From positions 57,102,001 to 57,166,000 of the forward strand of contig OZ024741.1 of NCBI GenBank assembly GCA_964016885.1: a DNA stretch of 64,000 nt, written 5' to 3'. Below the pieces are notes generated by a model that saw nothing but the letters and a program-made list of their open reading frames with translations, searched no databases and was not told where the DNA came from. Shown one piece after another: positions 38,687-53,622 of this stretch. Position 1 is the first letter of the stretch, and the number at the start of each line of letters is the position of its first letter. The stretch comes from Eledone cirrhosa (Eukaryota). The position numbers were made by a program, and so were the translations under genes.

Positions 38687-39975
38687 AGGTACGTGGCTGA
38701 GTGGTGTGGGTGTTATCTCACGGTTATGAGGCCATGATTTCGATTTCCAACAGTGTTCTGCCCTTAAGCAAGACACTTTATTTCACGTTGCTCCAGTCCA
38801 CTCAGCTGGCAAGAATTAGTTGTACTTGTAATTCAATGGGCCAGTCTTGTCACATAATGTGTCACGCTGGATCTTCCTGAGATTTGTATTAAAGGAATAT
38901 TTGTCTGTAGTATGGTGTTGGTAGGGCCGAGGTTAGCATTAAGCCAACTAAGGCGCACACACAGCGAAGCATATAACTGAACCTTAAAGGATCACAGTTT
39001 TATACAAATTTGTATAATTTTCCCGCTTAGCAGCGTAGAGGAAATATCCAAAGCGATGGAAAAGGTTCTGTGGTGTCATAATCCGTCACATGATTTAGCA
39101 TGGGTGGCTATATATTGTGTAGTAGTAAACACAAGCTTAGTAATTTTCTTAGTATGGAGGCGCGTGTCCTAGTGGTAAGGGTGTTGGACTTACTATCATA
39201 AGGTCGTAAGTTCAATTCCTGGGCTGCGTTGCGTGTTGTGTTCTTGAGCAAAACACTTCATTTCATGTTGCTCCAGTATACTCAGTTGAAAATAGCAATA
39301 GCTGGGGGTTTAACGCTGCGATGGACTGGCGTCATATCCAGGGGAAAGTTTTGTACTCTCAGTCGCTTCACGCCACGAAAGTGGGATACACACCGGCCTA
39401 ACGAGCCTTCTGGCTTGAGACAGACTTTAGAGTAGGTCAGATCAAGAAGTATCAAAAACTAGGTTCATCAGCTTACCAAACTTTAAGTGGAAACTATTTT
39501 ATTTTGAAGAATGGGACGCATAACTGGGAGGATGGGTGCACATTGTAGGGCCAGCCGGGGTAGGAGGCTAAATACCCAGACGCCGTCCTTGGTTGTTAGT
39601 TTAATTTCTTCTCTATTTGTAATATGGTTCCATCTCAGAGCATTCTGAGCCTTTGACTAACTTACGTTTATTGTTTTGTTTTTTTACTCAATAAACATTT
39701 TAACAATAAAGTTTCATAGATTGATGGTTAAGGTGTTGAGCTCGCGATCATAAGGTCATTGACTCAATTACAAGACTGTGTGATGCATTATGTCTTCGAG
39801 CAAGTTACGTCATTTCATATTACTCTCCAGTTCACCCAGCTGAAAATTAGTACCAGTGATAACTAGAGGTTAGTCCTGTCACAAACTGGCTTCGTGTTCG
39901 GACGAGATGGAGGTGGGGTTATTCTTGTAGTTTCAGTCATTTAATGCCCCATGAAACCGAGTTAAGCTAGGGCTT
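38687..39975 (+). mobile_element. Three SINE family B copies (38687-38910, 39158-39430, 39720-39975)
   Basis: tRNA-like heads plus the AGCAA(G/A)ACACT / CTCCAGT.CAC.CAGCTG body. Confidence 0.7.
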
Positions 39976-41456
39976 TGTCTAATCTGTGCAAGCATGGGGG
40001 AAAAAACGAAAACAATAATTCACACACAGAAGCTTCTGATTCGATTATGTGCTGATTACACGAAATGATGTAAAAACGATATCATCCAAAGATGTAGAAT
40101 AAAGAATTTAATTTTATCTAATCTTATCAATTTATATAAAATATACATGGTTTTATTAAATATGTTGTTTACAATTAAAATATAAACGGAAAGGTGAAGA
40201 GGAAGGAGAGAGAAAAAAGGAAGTCATTCGATTCTCTCTTTTGCTAAACAAAAGGAACTGCCAAAACTTTCGATTCCTATTTTCTAGCTATCAGCTACTA
40301 GCTAATCCACACTGAAGAATTATTCGAGAGAAAATTTTGGTGGCAGTCACGTCAGATATTTAATATCTTCCTGAATCACGATTTCCAGGTTTTACACTAT
40401 TTTAACTTGAATTTTGCTTAAAGGTGAAAGTAAATATAATCACAATAAAATAACAACAAATGGCACATTTTTGGCAAGGTAAAATTTTTAAGCAGGAATT
40501 TAAGTGTTTTCAGGGTTTTTTATTTTTTTATTTATTATATATCTTTGTAGATATTAAGTTTCCATAGTTTGCAATAAATTACCCTTTTTATATTTAAATA
40601 AAATGTGACTTTGTTCCTGTAACTATTTTTGGTGAGTTTTTTTCTTCTTTGACTTATAATGCAGAATTGTTAGGGTGTCGGTGGAGTAAAAATGCCTCGT
40701 TGTTTGTTTCGGCTTTCTGCGCTGTGAGATCAAATTCCGCTGAGGTCAGCTTTACCTTTCATTCTTTCGAGGTGTCAATTCTTCCTTTATCTCCCACCCA
40801 CTTTGAGGTGGGTGAGAGATGTCTTCTCTTGTGAAAATGGGTATAGTTTTCATTATGTAAAATCTCCTCATTTTGCCTTTCTCCCCGTTTTGGCACACTT
40901 TTTTTCATGGTACTCCTCCTTTGGGTTTTTAGAGGTTGGCAGGTTTGGTGTGTCAATCAATTATACTAAGGCAAAAAATTCCTGTTGACGTTATCTTTGC
41001 CTTTCACCCTTCGGGAGTCGACAAAATAAAGTACCTGTGAAGTTGTTGGATGTACGTCAGCTCTGATGATGAATGTTCCAGTTGTTCGAACAACGAAGGA
41101 ACCTGCTAAAGAAATTAATATGTTAACGTGAATATGGCTGAGCGTTCCATAGACACGTGCCCTATTAACGTAATTTTCAGGGAGATTCAGCGTGACATAG
41201 TGTGCGAAAAGGGCAGCCTTTTGAATTACAGGTGCAACTCATTTCTGCCAGCTGATTATACTAGAGCCACATGAAATAACTGTCGGGAAAAGAACTCACG
41301 ACTTTACGATCGTGAACCGAACACTTTAACTAGTAAGTCACGGACCTTTACAGTAACAACAGGCAGGTACTGGAAGAAAAGAGCCGCCGCCGAAGCCAGC
41401 TTTGCCTTTACATCCTTTCGGTGTTGATAAAATACATTATTGTTGCGTTGATGGAG

Positions 41457-41900
41457 GGCGGTGATTGGCAGTATCGGTAGAGGGTCGTACGCCATGCTTT
41501 GACTCATAGAGTTATGGCCCTTTCCATTCCGAGCTCAAATCCCGCCGAGGTTAACTTTGCCTTTCATCCTTACGGCGTCGGTAAAATAAACTACCTGAAA
41601 TGCACTGGGATAATTGGTGCCAAAAGTAGAAATAATTATTGTTGCGTTGATGTCATCGAATACTGGAAAGCATTTGGTGCAAATTCGCAAGGCCTTGAGC
41701 TTGATCCAGGTAGTACGTCGTGTCCTTGAGCAAGACACTTTATTTCACGTTCCTCCAGTTCACTCATCCTGCAAAAATGAGTTGAACCTGTAATTCGAAG
41801 GTACAGTCTTAACACATATCATGACATGCTGATTTGGGAATTACTTTCAGGGTGCACGTGTCGATGGAAAACTCAGCCTCTTACATATTAACTTACAAAC
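41457..41900 (+). mobile_element. SINE family A (41457-41641) followed by SINE family B
   Basis: Family motifs as above. Confidence 0.8.
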
Positions 41901-42052
41901 TGGACGTTCAGTTAGACATCGTAAAAACTGACGAAGAATCTATCATCATCATCATCATCATAATGTATCACGTGTCTGCAGAATACTTAGTTCACGTACA
42001 CGTTAATCTCGGCCTCAAACTCCGGCACTGCCCCTGTAACGCGGAGGAGAGG

Positions 42053-43785
42053 AATTTCAATTTCAATTTCAATTTAGTCATCTTCCTTGACGCCCCACAG
42101 AAAAAAGAACACTCTTCCCTCTGTTCATCATACGTGTCGTCAGCTCTTGTGTGTTGACCTCCTGTTCATCATACGTGTCGTCAGCTCTTGTGTGTTGGCC
42201 GCCTGTTCATCATACGTGTCGTCAGCTCTTGTGTGTTGGCCGCCTGTTCATCATACGTGTCGTCAGCTCTTGTGTGTTGGTCGCCTGTTCATCATACGTG
42301 TCATCAGCTCTTGTGTGTTGGCCTCCTGTTCATCATACGTGTCATCAGCTCTTGTGTGTTGGCCTCCTGTTCATCATACGTGTCATCAGCTCTTGTGTGT
42401 TGGCCTCCTGTTCATCATACGTGTCATCAGCTCTTGTGTGTTGGCCGCCTGTTCATCATACGTGTCGTCAGCTCTTGTGTGTTGGCCTCCTGTTCATCAG
42501 ACGTGTCATCAGCTCTTGTGTGTTGGCCGCCTGTTCATCATACGTGTCGTCAGCTCTTGTGTGTTGGCCGCCTGTTCATCATACGTGTCGTCAGCTCTTG
42601 TGTGTTGGCCGCCTGTTCATCATACGTGTCATCAGCTCTCGTGTGTTGGCCTCCTGTTCATCAGACGTGTCATCAGCTCTTGTGTGTTGGCCGCCTGTTC
42701 ATCATACGTGTCATCAGCTCTCGTGTGTTGGCCTCCTGTTCATCAGACGTGTCATCAGCTCTTGTGTGTTGGCCGCCTGTTCATCATACGTGTCGTCAGC
42801 TCTTGTGTGTTGGCCGCCTGTTCATCATACGTGTCATCAGCTCTTGTGTGTTGGCCGCCTGTTCATCATACGTGTCATCAGCTCTCGTGTGTTGGCCTCC
42901 TGTTCATCAGACGTGTCATCAGCTCTTGTGTGTTGGCCGCCTGTTCATCATACGTGTCGTCAGCTCTTGTGTGTTGGCCGCCTGTTCATCATACGTGTCA
43001 TCAGCTCTTGTGTGTTGGCCGCCTGTTCATCATACGTGTCATCAGCTCTTGTGTGTTGGCCGCCTGTTCATCATACGTGTCATCAGCTCTTGTGTGTTGG
43101 CCGCCTGTTCATCATACGTGTCGTCAGCTCTTGTGTGTTGGCCGCCTGTTCATCATACGTGTCATCAGCTCTTGTGTGTTGGCCGCCTGTTCATCATACG
43201 TGTCATCAGCTCTTGTGTGTTGGCCTCCTGTTCATCATACGTGTCGTCAGCTCTTGTGTGTTGGCCGCCTGTTCATCATACGTGTCGTTAGCTCTTGTGT
43301 GTTGGCCGCCTGTTCATCATACGTGTCGTCAGCTCTTGTGTGTTGGCCGCCTGTTCATCATACGTGTCATCAGCTCTTGTGTGTTGGCCGCCTGTTCATC
43401 ATACGTGTCATCGGCTCTTGTGCGTTGGCCGCTCCAGTGTCTCTCAGTAGAGTGTTGATATAGGTGACGTTTCTCTTGCTTCGATGTGTTCTTCCTTCTG
43501 TTGGCTTCCAGAACATCAGCTTGCTTGTGATTTTCTCATCATAAAGTATGCAGTGGCCAGTGAGTCCCATTCTCCGTTTTATATCTTCAGAAACCTTCGG
43601 GAGATCTTTATAAAGCTAGTTTGTTGTATGTTCCTGTCATGACGTATTTGTTGCCATATGCAGAATGTGTATGTAGCATTTATCAAATACTGTCTTCAGT
43701 GCTTCCGCGATTGTTCAAATTTCTGATCCGTATAACAAAACTGATTCTACTGTTGCGGTGAGAAGTCTTATTTTGATATTCCTTG
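42053..43785 (-). mobile_element. 3' fragment of a degenerate RTE-like LINE hosting the minisatellite
   Basis: Reverse-strand translation ATVESVLLYGSE...GLTGHC...KLMFWKP..GR..R....TYINTL.RDTG. (TTGAAA)n tail at ~42053-42074. Confidence 0.8.
42121..43432. repeat. 41-bp minisatellite, ~32 copies
   Basis: Unit CTGTTCATCATACGTGTC(A/G)TCAGCTCTTGTGTGTTGGCC(G/T)C. No spacers. Confidence 0.97.
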
Positions 43786-44160
43786 ATAGCGCCGAAATCC
43801 ATATTTTACTCATCTTGTTGCAAGGATTGCAAGGGGAGGAAGATAGACAAATACCAGGACTTGACTGACTGCTTCATTTTCGTGCTGGTCACCGTTGAGA
43901 CCTCTGGTGCTCTCGGTCTCCGAAATGACGTTGTCCTCTGCAAAATAGGCATGAGTGCATCCAGCCTCAGGAAGGAGCCCCGTGAGGTGGAATGGTTAAC
44001 ACAGAAAATAGGGTGGCTGTTCTCCGCGGTGTTGCCTTTGCCATTTTGTCCGCGAGGAACAGCTGAAATATACCGCCTAGACTGGAGTGTAGAGTCTGCT
44101 GCTCCCTCACCGCTTTATCTTACTTTCATTATTTAATTTTTTTTCTCTCTTTTCTTTTTC
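43786..44160 (+). mobile_element. CRE-like RLE retrotransposon 3' fragment
   Basis: RKIDKYQDL...VTVETSGALG......KIG......EPREVEWLTQKI, then a T-rich UTR. Confidence 0.7.
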
Positions 44161-44896
44161 ATTACAAACATTATATAACCCAAATGAAATGTGTAGAATA
44201 ACATTTATTCTTTACCTACTCAACAAAGGTTCTTACATAAAATTATGATACAAAGTTTTTTTCTAGATAAATATAAATATTTTAATAATTCACAAGTTAA
44301 ACTTTCAGTTAAACGATCGAACAACAGCTGAGTGTTTCATCGCCGAAAGCAATGGAAGATCAATCACACTAACGTAACCTTGAAGACACATTCTTTCTTT
44401 CACTTTTCTTCCTTTTTTCTTTCTTTTTTCTTCCTTTTTTCTTTCGTTTTCCTTTCTTTCTTTTTTCTTCCTTTTTTCTTTCCCTTTTCTTTCTTTCGTT
44501 CGTTCGTTCGTTCTTTCTTTCTTTCGTTCGTTCGTTCGTTCTTTCTTTCTTTCTTTCTTTCTTTCTGTCTTTTATAAATCAAATACGAAAGAAAATACGA
44601 TACAATAAAATGCAGGTCTAAATAATCAGGTGAGAACATCCCCCAGCTGTGAATAAGTTAATCATTAGATCCTTCACTAAAGAACACTGCTAACAGACAC
44701 CTTTAGTCCAACCAATGTATTGGAGTGCATTGAGAGGTGAGGATGAGGCCCAGGTGGGATGGGGTAGGGTGTGGAACTAGTCTGCTGTCTGATAGTCAAT
44801 CTGTATGTCAATATATCGATTCAGCTTAGAGTACGATCGATAATACTTGTCTATCTATCCGTTTTGGCACTGCTGCATGGTGTGTGGATATCAAAA

Positions 44897-46360
<1,464 letters not shown>

Positions 46361-46699
46361 CCCATAACCACCACGAAAGTAATTGGATGCCTGTCCCACA
46401 ACGACAACGTATCTTTTAGCCTTGAAACTTTTCTTTGAAGTCGATTCTTCACCTGAACCCAGCACCACCAACCTTCTCCGTCAAGGTGAACTTATCCATA
46501 AATTCTCAACTGCTTCTCCGTCTCCGATGTGCTCTGTAAACTAACTATATTTTCTGTTCGTGTGCGTGAGCATGAGTGTGGGTATACATACACACATACA
46601 TACATATATACATACATGCATGCATACATACATACATACATACATACATACATACATACATACATACATACATACATACATACATACATACATACATAC

Positions 46700-49600
46700 A
46701 TGACTCTACTGAACAAACAGTGCACCAAAAACTTGTGAAGACCCTACAAGTGATATGGAACGATATGTTTCAAGAGATACACAGCCTTAATGTGAGTGAC
46801 AGACCATACAACACCAGAGTCAGTAAAGAACCCACTAAATTGGAATTGGAAGCGGTGAACGAAATAGCTGGCAATTATCTGAAGGCTATACGATCTAAAG
46901 GTGTAGAAACGACATTTGAAACGCTTAATGTTTTGTTATATGTTTCAGCTGTCACATTGCTATCATATAACACACATCTAAAACCACGCAATCAAGATAC
47001 AAACAGAAAGCCTGAACCAGCGTGGATGCGAAATTTAAAAACCGAAATTTTGTCCCTGAGACGAAGTATCTCACACATCGCAGTCGTTATGAAATGCAAC
47101 ATAGAGAGCAACTTCACACGACACCAGGAAGACCTAAAGAAAAAGTTAGAGAGACGATTTGGAGATACAAAATTTAAAACTTTGAACTCTAAATTACACC
47201 AGTTGAAACAACAACTCACAGCTACAACAGAAAGACTAAAATATAAGTCAACAGCACATAAACGACAAGTGCTAAATAGATTGTTTGCCAGAGATCCTAA
47301 ATCAGTTTATCGCAGCTTCGGTGGCAAAAGCTCAATCCCTGTAAACGACACCCCTTCAAAAGAACAGGTTGAGAGCTACTGGAGATCTGTATGGGAAACG
47401 GATGACGGATTCAACAGACAAGCTAATTGGCTAAAAGAACTGGAACAGGACTACTGCCAACATGTCCAGACAAAACAATATGACATAGATGGGTCAATAC
47501 TGGAAACAGCTCTACAGAAAATGTCGAATAGGAAATCACAGGCCCAGACCTCATTACAGGATACTGGTTGAAGAATTTCACTTTCTATCGGCAAGATCTC
47601 ATACGGCTGTTTACAGAAACCATTAAGGGCACACAAGAACTGCCCAGATGGTTATCAACTGCCACTACTCTCCTCATTCCCAAAAATAGCCAAACCACCC
47701 TTGCTAAAAATTACCGCCCAATTGCCTGCCAAAACATCATGTATAAATTATATACTGGGTGCCTTAACCTGTTCTTACAGGATCACTGTGCTACCAACAA
47801 CATCATAACACCTGAGCAAGCTGGTGGAAAGAGGGAGGTGTGGGGTTGCATAGATCACCTACTAACTAACAAAATGATTCAGGAAAAAACAACAAAGAAT
47901 CGCAGAAACATGACTGTCGTGTGGCTGGACTATCAAAAAGCATTTGATAGTGTACCTCATGGGTGGATTATTAAGGCTTTACTGTTAGCTAGAGTCCCAC
48001 AACCATTGGTAGCTGCTGTTGAACGCCTGACCAAGAACTGGTACACCAATTTGATCCTTAGAGGTGAGAAGGAGCAGGTTAAGACTGATAGGATACATTA
48101 CCAGAAGGGCATCTTTCAGGGTGATAGCTTGTCAGTGCTACTCTTCGTTCTCTCACTGAATCCACTATCTTACCTACTCAGGAAACAAGGTCGACAAAGA
48201 AGTGGGCCCAGAAGTATCTCCCATCTTTTCTTTGTTGATGACCTGAAGTTGTATGGGCCAAATATCAATGACATCAAGAAACAATTGGACCTCATTACAC
48301 AATTTTCAACCGACATCAAAATGAAATTTGGTGAGTCCAAGTGTGCATATTTGGCAGTAAAACGTGGAAGAGCTGTGCCCTCCTCTAGAAATCTAGAGAT
48401 GAACGGCCTGACAATACAACCTCTACAGTCAGGTGACAACTACAGATATCTTGGACAGGATGAGAATGTCAGATATGATGGACCCATAAATAAGGAGAGA
48501 ACCAGAACTGAATACCTCAGAAGAGTAAAGAAAATATGGTCATCAGAACTGTCAGCATACAACAAATACATTGCCCACAATACTTATGCTGTACCAATTC
48601 TAACGCCAACATTTGGCCTACTGAACTGGTCATTGCAAGAACTAAGTGAGATGGATGTTAGAACTCGAAAACTTCTCAGTGTTACTGGCAACTTTAACAT
48701 CAATGGTGATGTGGATAGGCTATACTTCTCACGCAAGGAAGGTGGCCGGGGTCTAAAATCAATATTAACAACATATGAAACCCGGATAGTAACACTGAAG
48801 CAACACCTTCAACAGAGGAAAAAGGTTGGCAACCATCTTGCCCAGGTTTATGAGCATGAAAAAAGAAATATCATTAGAATAGCGACTGATCTGGAGGAGA
48901 GATATGGAATAAAGCCTGATATAAATCTCTCACCCAGAGAAATCGGAATATCCTATTCAATGTTCAAACAAGATAAGAAAATTGACCAATTTACAGAAAA
49001 AGTTGTGCGTGGATACTTGAGGCGTAAAACACAGACCATAGAGGGGATAAACCACTCAAAAAGCCTGGCATGGAGTTCCGACAAGTTTATGACATCACAC
49101 CTTGAGGGATATCTCTATGCAATACAGGAACAAGAACTCCCTACCAAATATCTGCTGCACAAAAGAGGAGGGCCAGCAGCTGACAATAAATGTAGGCTAT
49201 GTAAAACAAAGATCGAGGATGTAAGCCACATTATTGCCAGCTGCGAAAGAATGTCATCTCGCTACTACCTCCCCATGAGACACGATGGGATAGCTAGAAC
49301 CATCTGGAACGCACTTCGGAAAACAAAATTAACAACAAACGAGGAAGAATATATTGAGAGAGATGGCACTAAGGAATACTGGTGGAACCTGAAAATAAAA
49401 ACTGCCACCAAATTAAAGCACAACCGGCCTGATATTGTTGTTTGGGACCACCCATTGAAAACGTGTTCTGTTGTGGAGATCAGCTGCCCACTTGATGTAA
49501 ACGTTGTCAGAAAAATACAGGAGAAGGAGGACATCTACGGACCATTGATGAGGAGTTTACAAATCCAGTATCCAAGATACACCTTTAGCTTCATACCCAT

Positions 49601-49763
49601 CATTATTGGTGCTACGGGTTATATACCAACCCGCTTGGACCAAAGTATGACTGAACTTGGATTTGCGGACAAAAAGCGCAGCTCCCTAATTCATAGTCTG
49701 CAAATGGCTGCGATAGCTGGCACCTTCAAAATTTGCAAAACATTCTTGCGATTCAAGGGATGA
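46700..49763 (+). pseudogene. RT-RLE ORF broken by one apparent 1-bp deletion near 47539
   Basis: NYRPIAC, WLDYQKAFDSVPH, GIFQGDSLS, HLFFVDDLKL, YRYLG, CRLC..EDVSHIIASC, RHD, HNRPDIVVWD, VVEISCP. Restoring one C gives KSPGPDLITGYW. Confidence 0.9.
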
Positions 49764-49846
49764 CAATTTCTTTTCTTTTACAACCTTGCCACCAGGAAGG
49801 TGGCCGGTCAAAAAAATATACTCGAAATTAAGAGAAAGAGAAAATA
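46700..49846 (+). mobile_element. Dong/R4-like RLE non-LTR retrotransposon, family 1, 5'-truncated, in (TACA)n
   Basis: RT, CCHC and PD-(D/E)xK-type endonuclease. Short 3' UTR. (CATA)n on both sides. Confidence 0.93.
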
Positions 49847-49920
49847 ACATACATACATACATACATACATACATACATACATACATACATACATACATAC
49901 ATACATACATACATACATAC

Positions 49921-50349
49921 ATACTCCACCCTAACTATACCTTCAGATTTATACCTGTGATTATTGGAGCACTGGGATATGTTAGTAACTGCTCAATACA
50001 CATTTTGAGAAACAGAAAGAACACAACTAGTTAGGAAATTACAAGTAGAATCCATTAATGGAACAGTAAAAATATGTAAAACATTCCAAAAATTCTGCAT
50101 CTAATAACTGCATGTACATATGTACCGATATAAAGCATATACACATGTACACATACAACTCAAAACATCCACATCCACATACACAATAACATCCATACCT
50201 GCACACACATGTATGCAGACATGCATAAATATCTACCTAGTTAATGTTGTGTAAATTCCAATGAGAGAGTCTTGTGTCTATGTTAGAAACCGACTCTCTC
50301 TCTCTCTATTGGCAAAAATGTATAAAATTATAAAATCAGAAGAACAGAC
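49921..50349 (+). mobile_element. 3' fragment of Dong/R4-like family 2
   Basis: YTFRFIPVIIGALGYV, with a 3' UTR matching 31490-31990. Confidence 0.88.
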
Positions 50350-50356
50350 ATATATA

Positions 50357-50429
<73 letters not shown>

Positions 50430-51270
50430 TCAAACCTTGCCCTGGAAATACGTCTTCCTTCTTGCTCTCGTGGTATAAGCAGATTGCACCAAGCCGCAAC
50501 TGAGAGAAAGCAGACCATCCGCCGACTTCGTAATAAGAAGACCCCCTCCATGCTTGCTATCAGGAACGTGCCTGGGGTTCTTCACTCTGAAGAGAAGTGC
50601 ATCTCAGGAGATGGAGAGAATACTTTATCGATCCGCCAGATCCGGTCTAAATGGGTGTAGGATCAATCAGCTAGAATTTGCAGAGTGGGAATCAAGTGCA
50701 GATTTGAGGCTGCAGCCGACGTAACTACCCTCTTCCCATTTGAAGGAGGTAAATACCTTATCTGAGAGGTCACATGCTGTGACTCGTTCTCCGCCTCCAG
50801 CTTAGTCGCTTCGGCCACAAACTCCGGTACCACTTCCTACAATGCAGAGGACAAGAAGACAAGCAAATACTGGGGCTTGTCCGGCCGCTTCCTCTTCGCA
50901 TCGGGACCTCAGGTGACCTTGGACCCAATACTGCCGAACTCCTCCGTAAAATCGGTACGTTAATAGTCCGTCTGAAGAAGGAGGCCCGTGAGTTATGGTG
51001 GCTGTTGCAACGAGTATCACTGGCCATTGTCCGCGGAAATGTCTTGCAGTTTTGTCCGCTAAGCTCAGTCGAAACACCCTATGCATAGCGCCTGTCACCC
51101 CACCCCACCCTAACTTCTTACGTGACGTAATAGTTCTTGCTTTTTCTCTCCTTTTACTCTCAATTATGGCATTTATAGTCCTTTCCTGTACTTTCCTATA
51201 CAGCCAGATCTACCCTTCTTTACCCTCCCCCTCTTTTCATTACTTAATTTTGTTTTATGTTTTATTTTAA
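50430..51270 (+). mobile_element. CRE-like RLE retrotransposon 3' fragment (degenerate)
   Basis: Manual translation across frameshifts: TTLFPFEGGKYLI.EVTCCDSF, AEDKKTSKYWGL, TSGDLGPNTAELLRKIG, WLLQRVSLAIVRGN. Confidence 0.78.
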
Positions 51271-51399
51271 ATATTTCCATCATTGGATAACTTTTTTGTA
51301 AAATATAGTTGACATAATATGATTATGTATAATTGATTAAATAAAATATTTCGTAAGTCTGAAATTTAATTAACTAAATATGAAAATTAACTAGCAGCA

Positions 51400-51622
51400 T
51401 TAGCGTTAATTTAAAATAAAATAAAAAAGGACTGTAAAATAGGAAAATATACAGTAAAAAAGAGAAAAAGAAAAAAACGGAAAAGGGAGGGAATGGCAAG
51501 GACTCTATTGTCACAGAAGAATGGGGAGAGGGAAGACAAGTGGGCTCTGTGCCTAGGGCGCGGCGGTAAAGAGGCTGCGCCCCGTGGACAGGACCGCAAA
51601 AACATTCCCGCGGAAAAGGTAG
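51400..51622 (-). mobile_element. Short 3' end of a related CRE-like element, tail-to-tail with 50430-51270
   Basis: Reverse complement TCCGCGGGAATGTTTTTGCGGTCCTGTCC...CCCTAGGCACAGAGCC resembles 51030-51092. Confidence 0.55.
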
Positions 51623-52497
51623 ATTATAATACAAAATAAACAAAAGTAATTTAATACATTTTCTTTCAAAAATACTTATTATAGCTACACAGTTTCGAAA
51701 TGGCTAAGAGAAATCCAGGTACAAATTCAGGTACAAAAATGTATTTCACTCGCTTCCTGTCAAAGTAACTTGATAGTGTTTGCTAGCAGCGGAACCCTGA
51801 TCAAAGCGGTCGGTATCCACTGTCTATAGACCCGATCATACAGCCTATCTCCACTAGTACAACCCCTCTACTATCTCCCACAACAACGATAATATATAAC
51901 AAAACAACAACAAAGACTGCAACACCACCAACAACAAGAGAAATCGAAACCTCTCCATCACCACTTCTGTCACTACCACAGAAATAGTTGACAAAGCAAC
52001 TTATACCGAGCCGACGAAATTCAGTTCAAATACAATAACAGTTTCAGAGAGAAAATTGAGAATTTCAGGGAAAATTTCCCTATCTTAGATCAAAACAACA
52101 TGTCCACTACCACCAATAACAGCATCGCTCGCATTACTACAATCACCGCTACCAATACCAACTCTGCTACCACCATTAGCACCACCAACACCTCAGTGGC
52201 GGCTGTAACTGACAACAGCAACAACAATAAAAGTATTCTGAAGACTTGCTCCTTTGCAGGGGATGCAAAATCGTTTGAGCTAGTATCCGTGGAAATGAAC
52301 ATACAGACCTGAAAGAGGCCAGGAAAAGCTGTCCACACAGATGACAGAAAAGCTACACTTTCCGTATTACCACAACTACTCGAGGAAACGACCGAGAGAA
52401 CCGTGATACACCGATGTTTACAAATCTCGTGTCGCAGAAAAATAGAAGAAAGCCTCAAGCCAGCATGGCATTACATTGGTTTTGTAACACAAGCAAG

Positions 52498-52618
52498 ATA
52501 ATTGTTTCTACTTTTGACATAAGGCCAGCAATTGTTCCAGTGTATTACTGGTACTTTATTTTATCGACTCCGTAAGGATGAAAGGCAAAGTTAACCTCGG
52601 CGGGATTTGAACTCAGAC
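52498..52618 (-). mobile_element. SINE family A, 3' half
   Basis: Core and tail present. Confidence 0.85.
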
Positions 52619-53072
52619 CAAGATAATATGGGTGCATGAGAGTCGATTTCCACATGGAAGCTCTGAGAAAAATACACTGCCATCCCATGCAAGAGTGAAG
52701 AATTCGTCCTCTTTCCCACATATTTAAACTAAAGTGTCGTAAAAGAAAATATTTTTGAAGAGCCACCAGAGCTGGATTTCGGGTCAGTGGTCAGTTCTTA
52801 GAGAATAGAAGTTGTTAGGAATCAAAAAGTTCTGGAAAGAAAATTGGGCTGGAATCAGATTGGAGATCCCCATCCATGAAAACCAGAAACTTTAGACAAA
52901 ATACTCTATCTAATCGATATAAAACATAGTCAGCAACTGCATTGTAATTGAGAGCAGAAAAGTCAGATGTCACACGTGAGGAAGTAAAAGCCACCTGAAG
53001 GTCAATGAAAACTTGCGCTGCTGTCAACAACATAACCACAACATCAACAACAGCTACTACAAATTCAACAAC

Positions 53073-53153
<81 letters not shown>

Positions 53154-53157
<4 letters not shown>

Positions 53158-53352
53158 AGAGTCAGGACCCCAACGGCTGAGCTCCGGCCGTTTCGACAAC
53201 TAAATCCGAACAGTTCGGATCTAGCTGTCGAAACGTCTGGAGCTCAGCCGTTGGGGTCCTGACTCTTTTCATATTACCCACTCTACTACTCTACGTATTG
53301 ACTACTCTGGTGCGTTGTGATCCACCTGGTATCTTACCACACCCTCTTTGTT
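53154..53352. mobile_element. Fold-back PLE remnant (family of 62241-64000): 117-bp hairpin plus tail
   Basis: 53154-53270 is self-complementary. The tail matches the reverse complement of 62241-62325. Only the 3' half of the HHR is present. Confidence 0.85.
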
Positions 53353-53415
<63 letters not shown>

Positions 53416-53464
53416 CATTGCTAATTTTGTCCCTCATATCAAGAATTTGAAGACAATTCATTTT

Positions 53465-53536
53465 CACCTGACGAGATCAGTGATAATCCATCATGGCTTC
53501 ACGATCAATCAATCTCTTATTGAAACATGTGTCGTA
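53465..53536 (+). ncRNA. Hammerhead ribozyme (partly degenerate)
   Basis: CAC-CUGACGA-GAUCAGUGAU...AUCUCUUAUU-GAAA-C(AUGU)GUC|GUA. Lies in a (TA)n-flanked insert at 53418-53587. Confidence 0.6.
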
Positions 53537-53582
53537 ATTAAAATGATTGGAAATTTTACCTTGCCTTCGGATTTTCATTTTG

Positions 53583-53622
<40 letters not shown>

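Noticed and set aside
42121-43432. Possible CRISPR array, long Cys-rich ORFs, or tandem hammerheads (reverse complement contains CUGA(U/C)GA...GAAC)
   Set aside because: There are no unique spacers and no cas genes. The ORFs arise from a stop-free 41-bp unit. GAAA, NUH and stem I cannot be formed, and the unit derives from LINE coding sequence.
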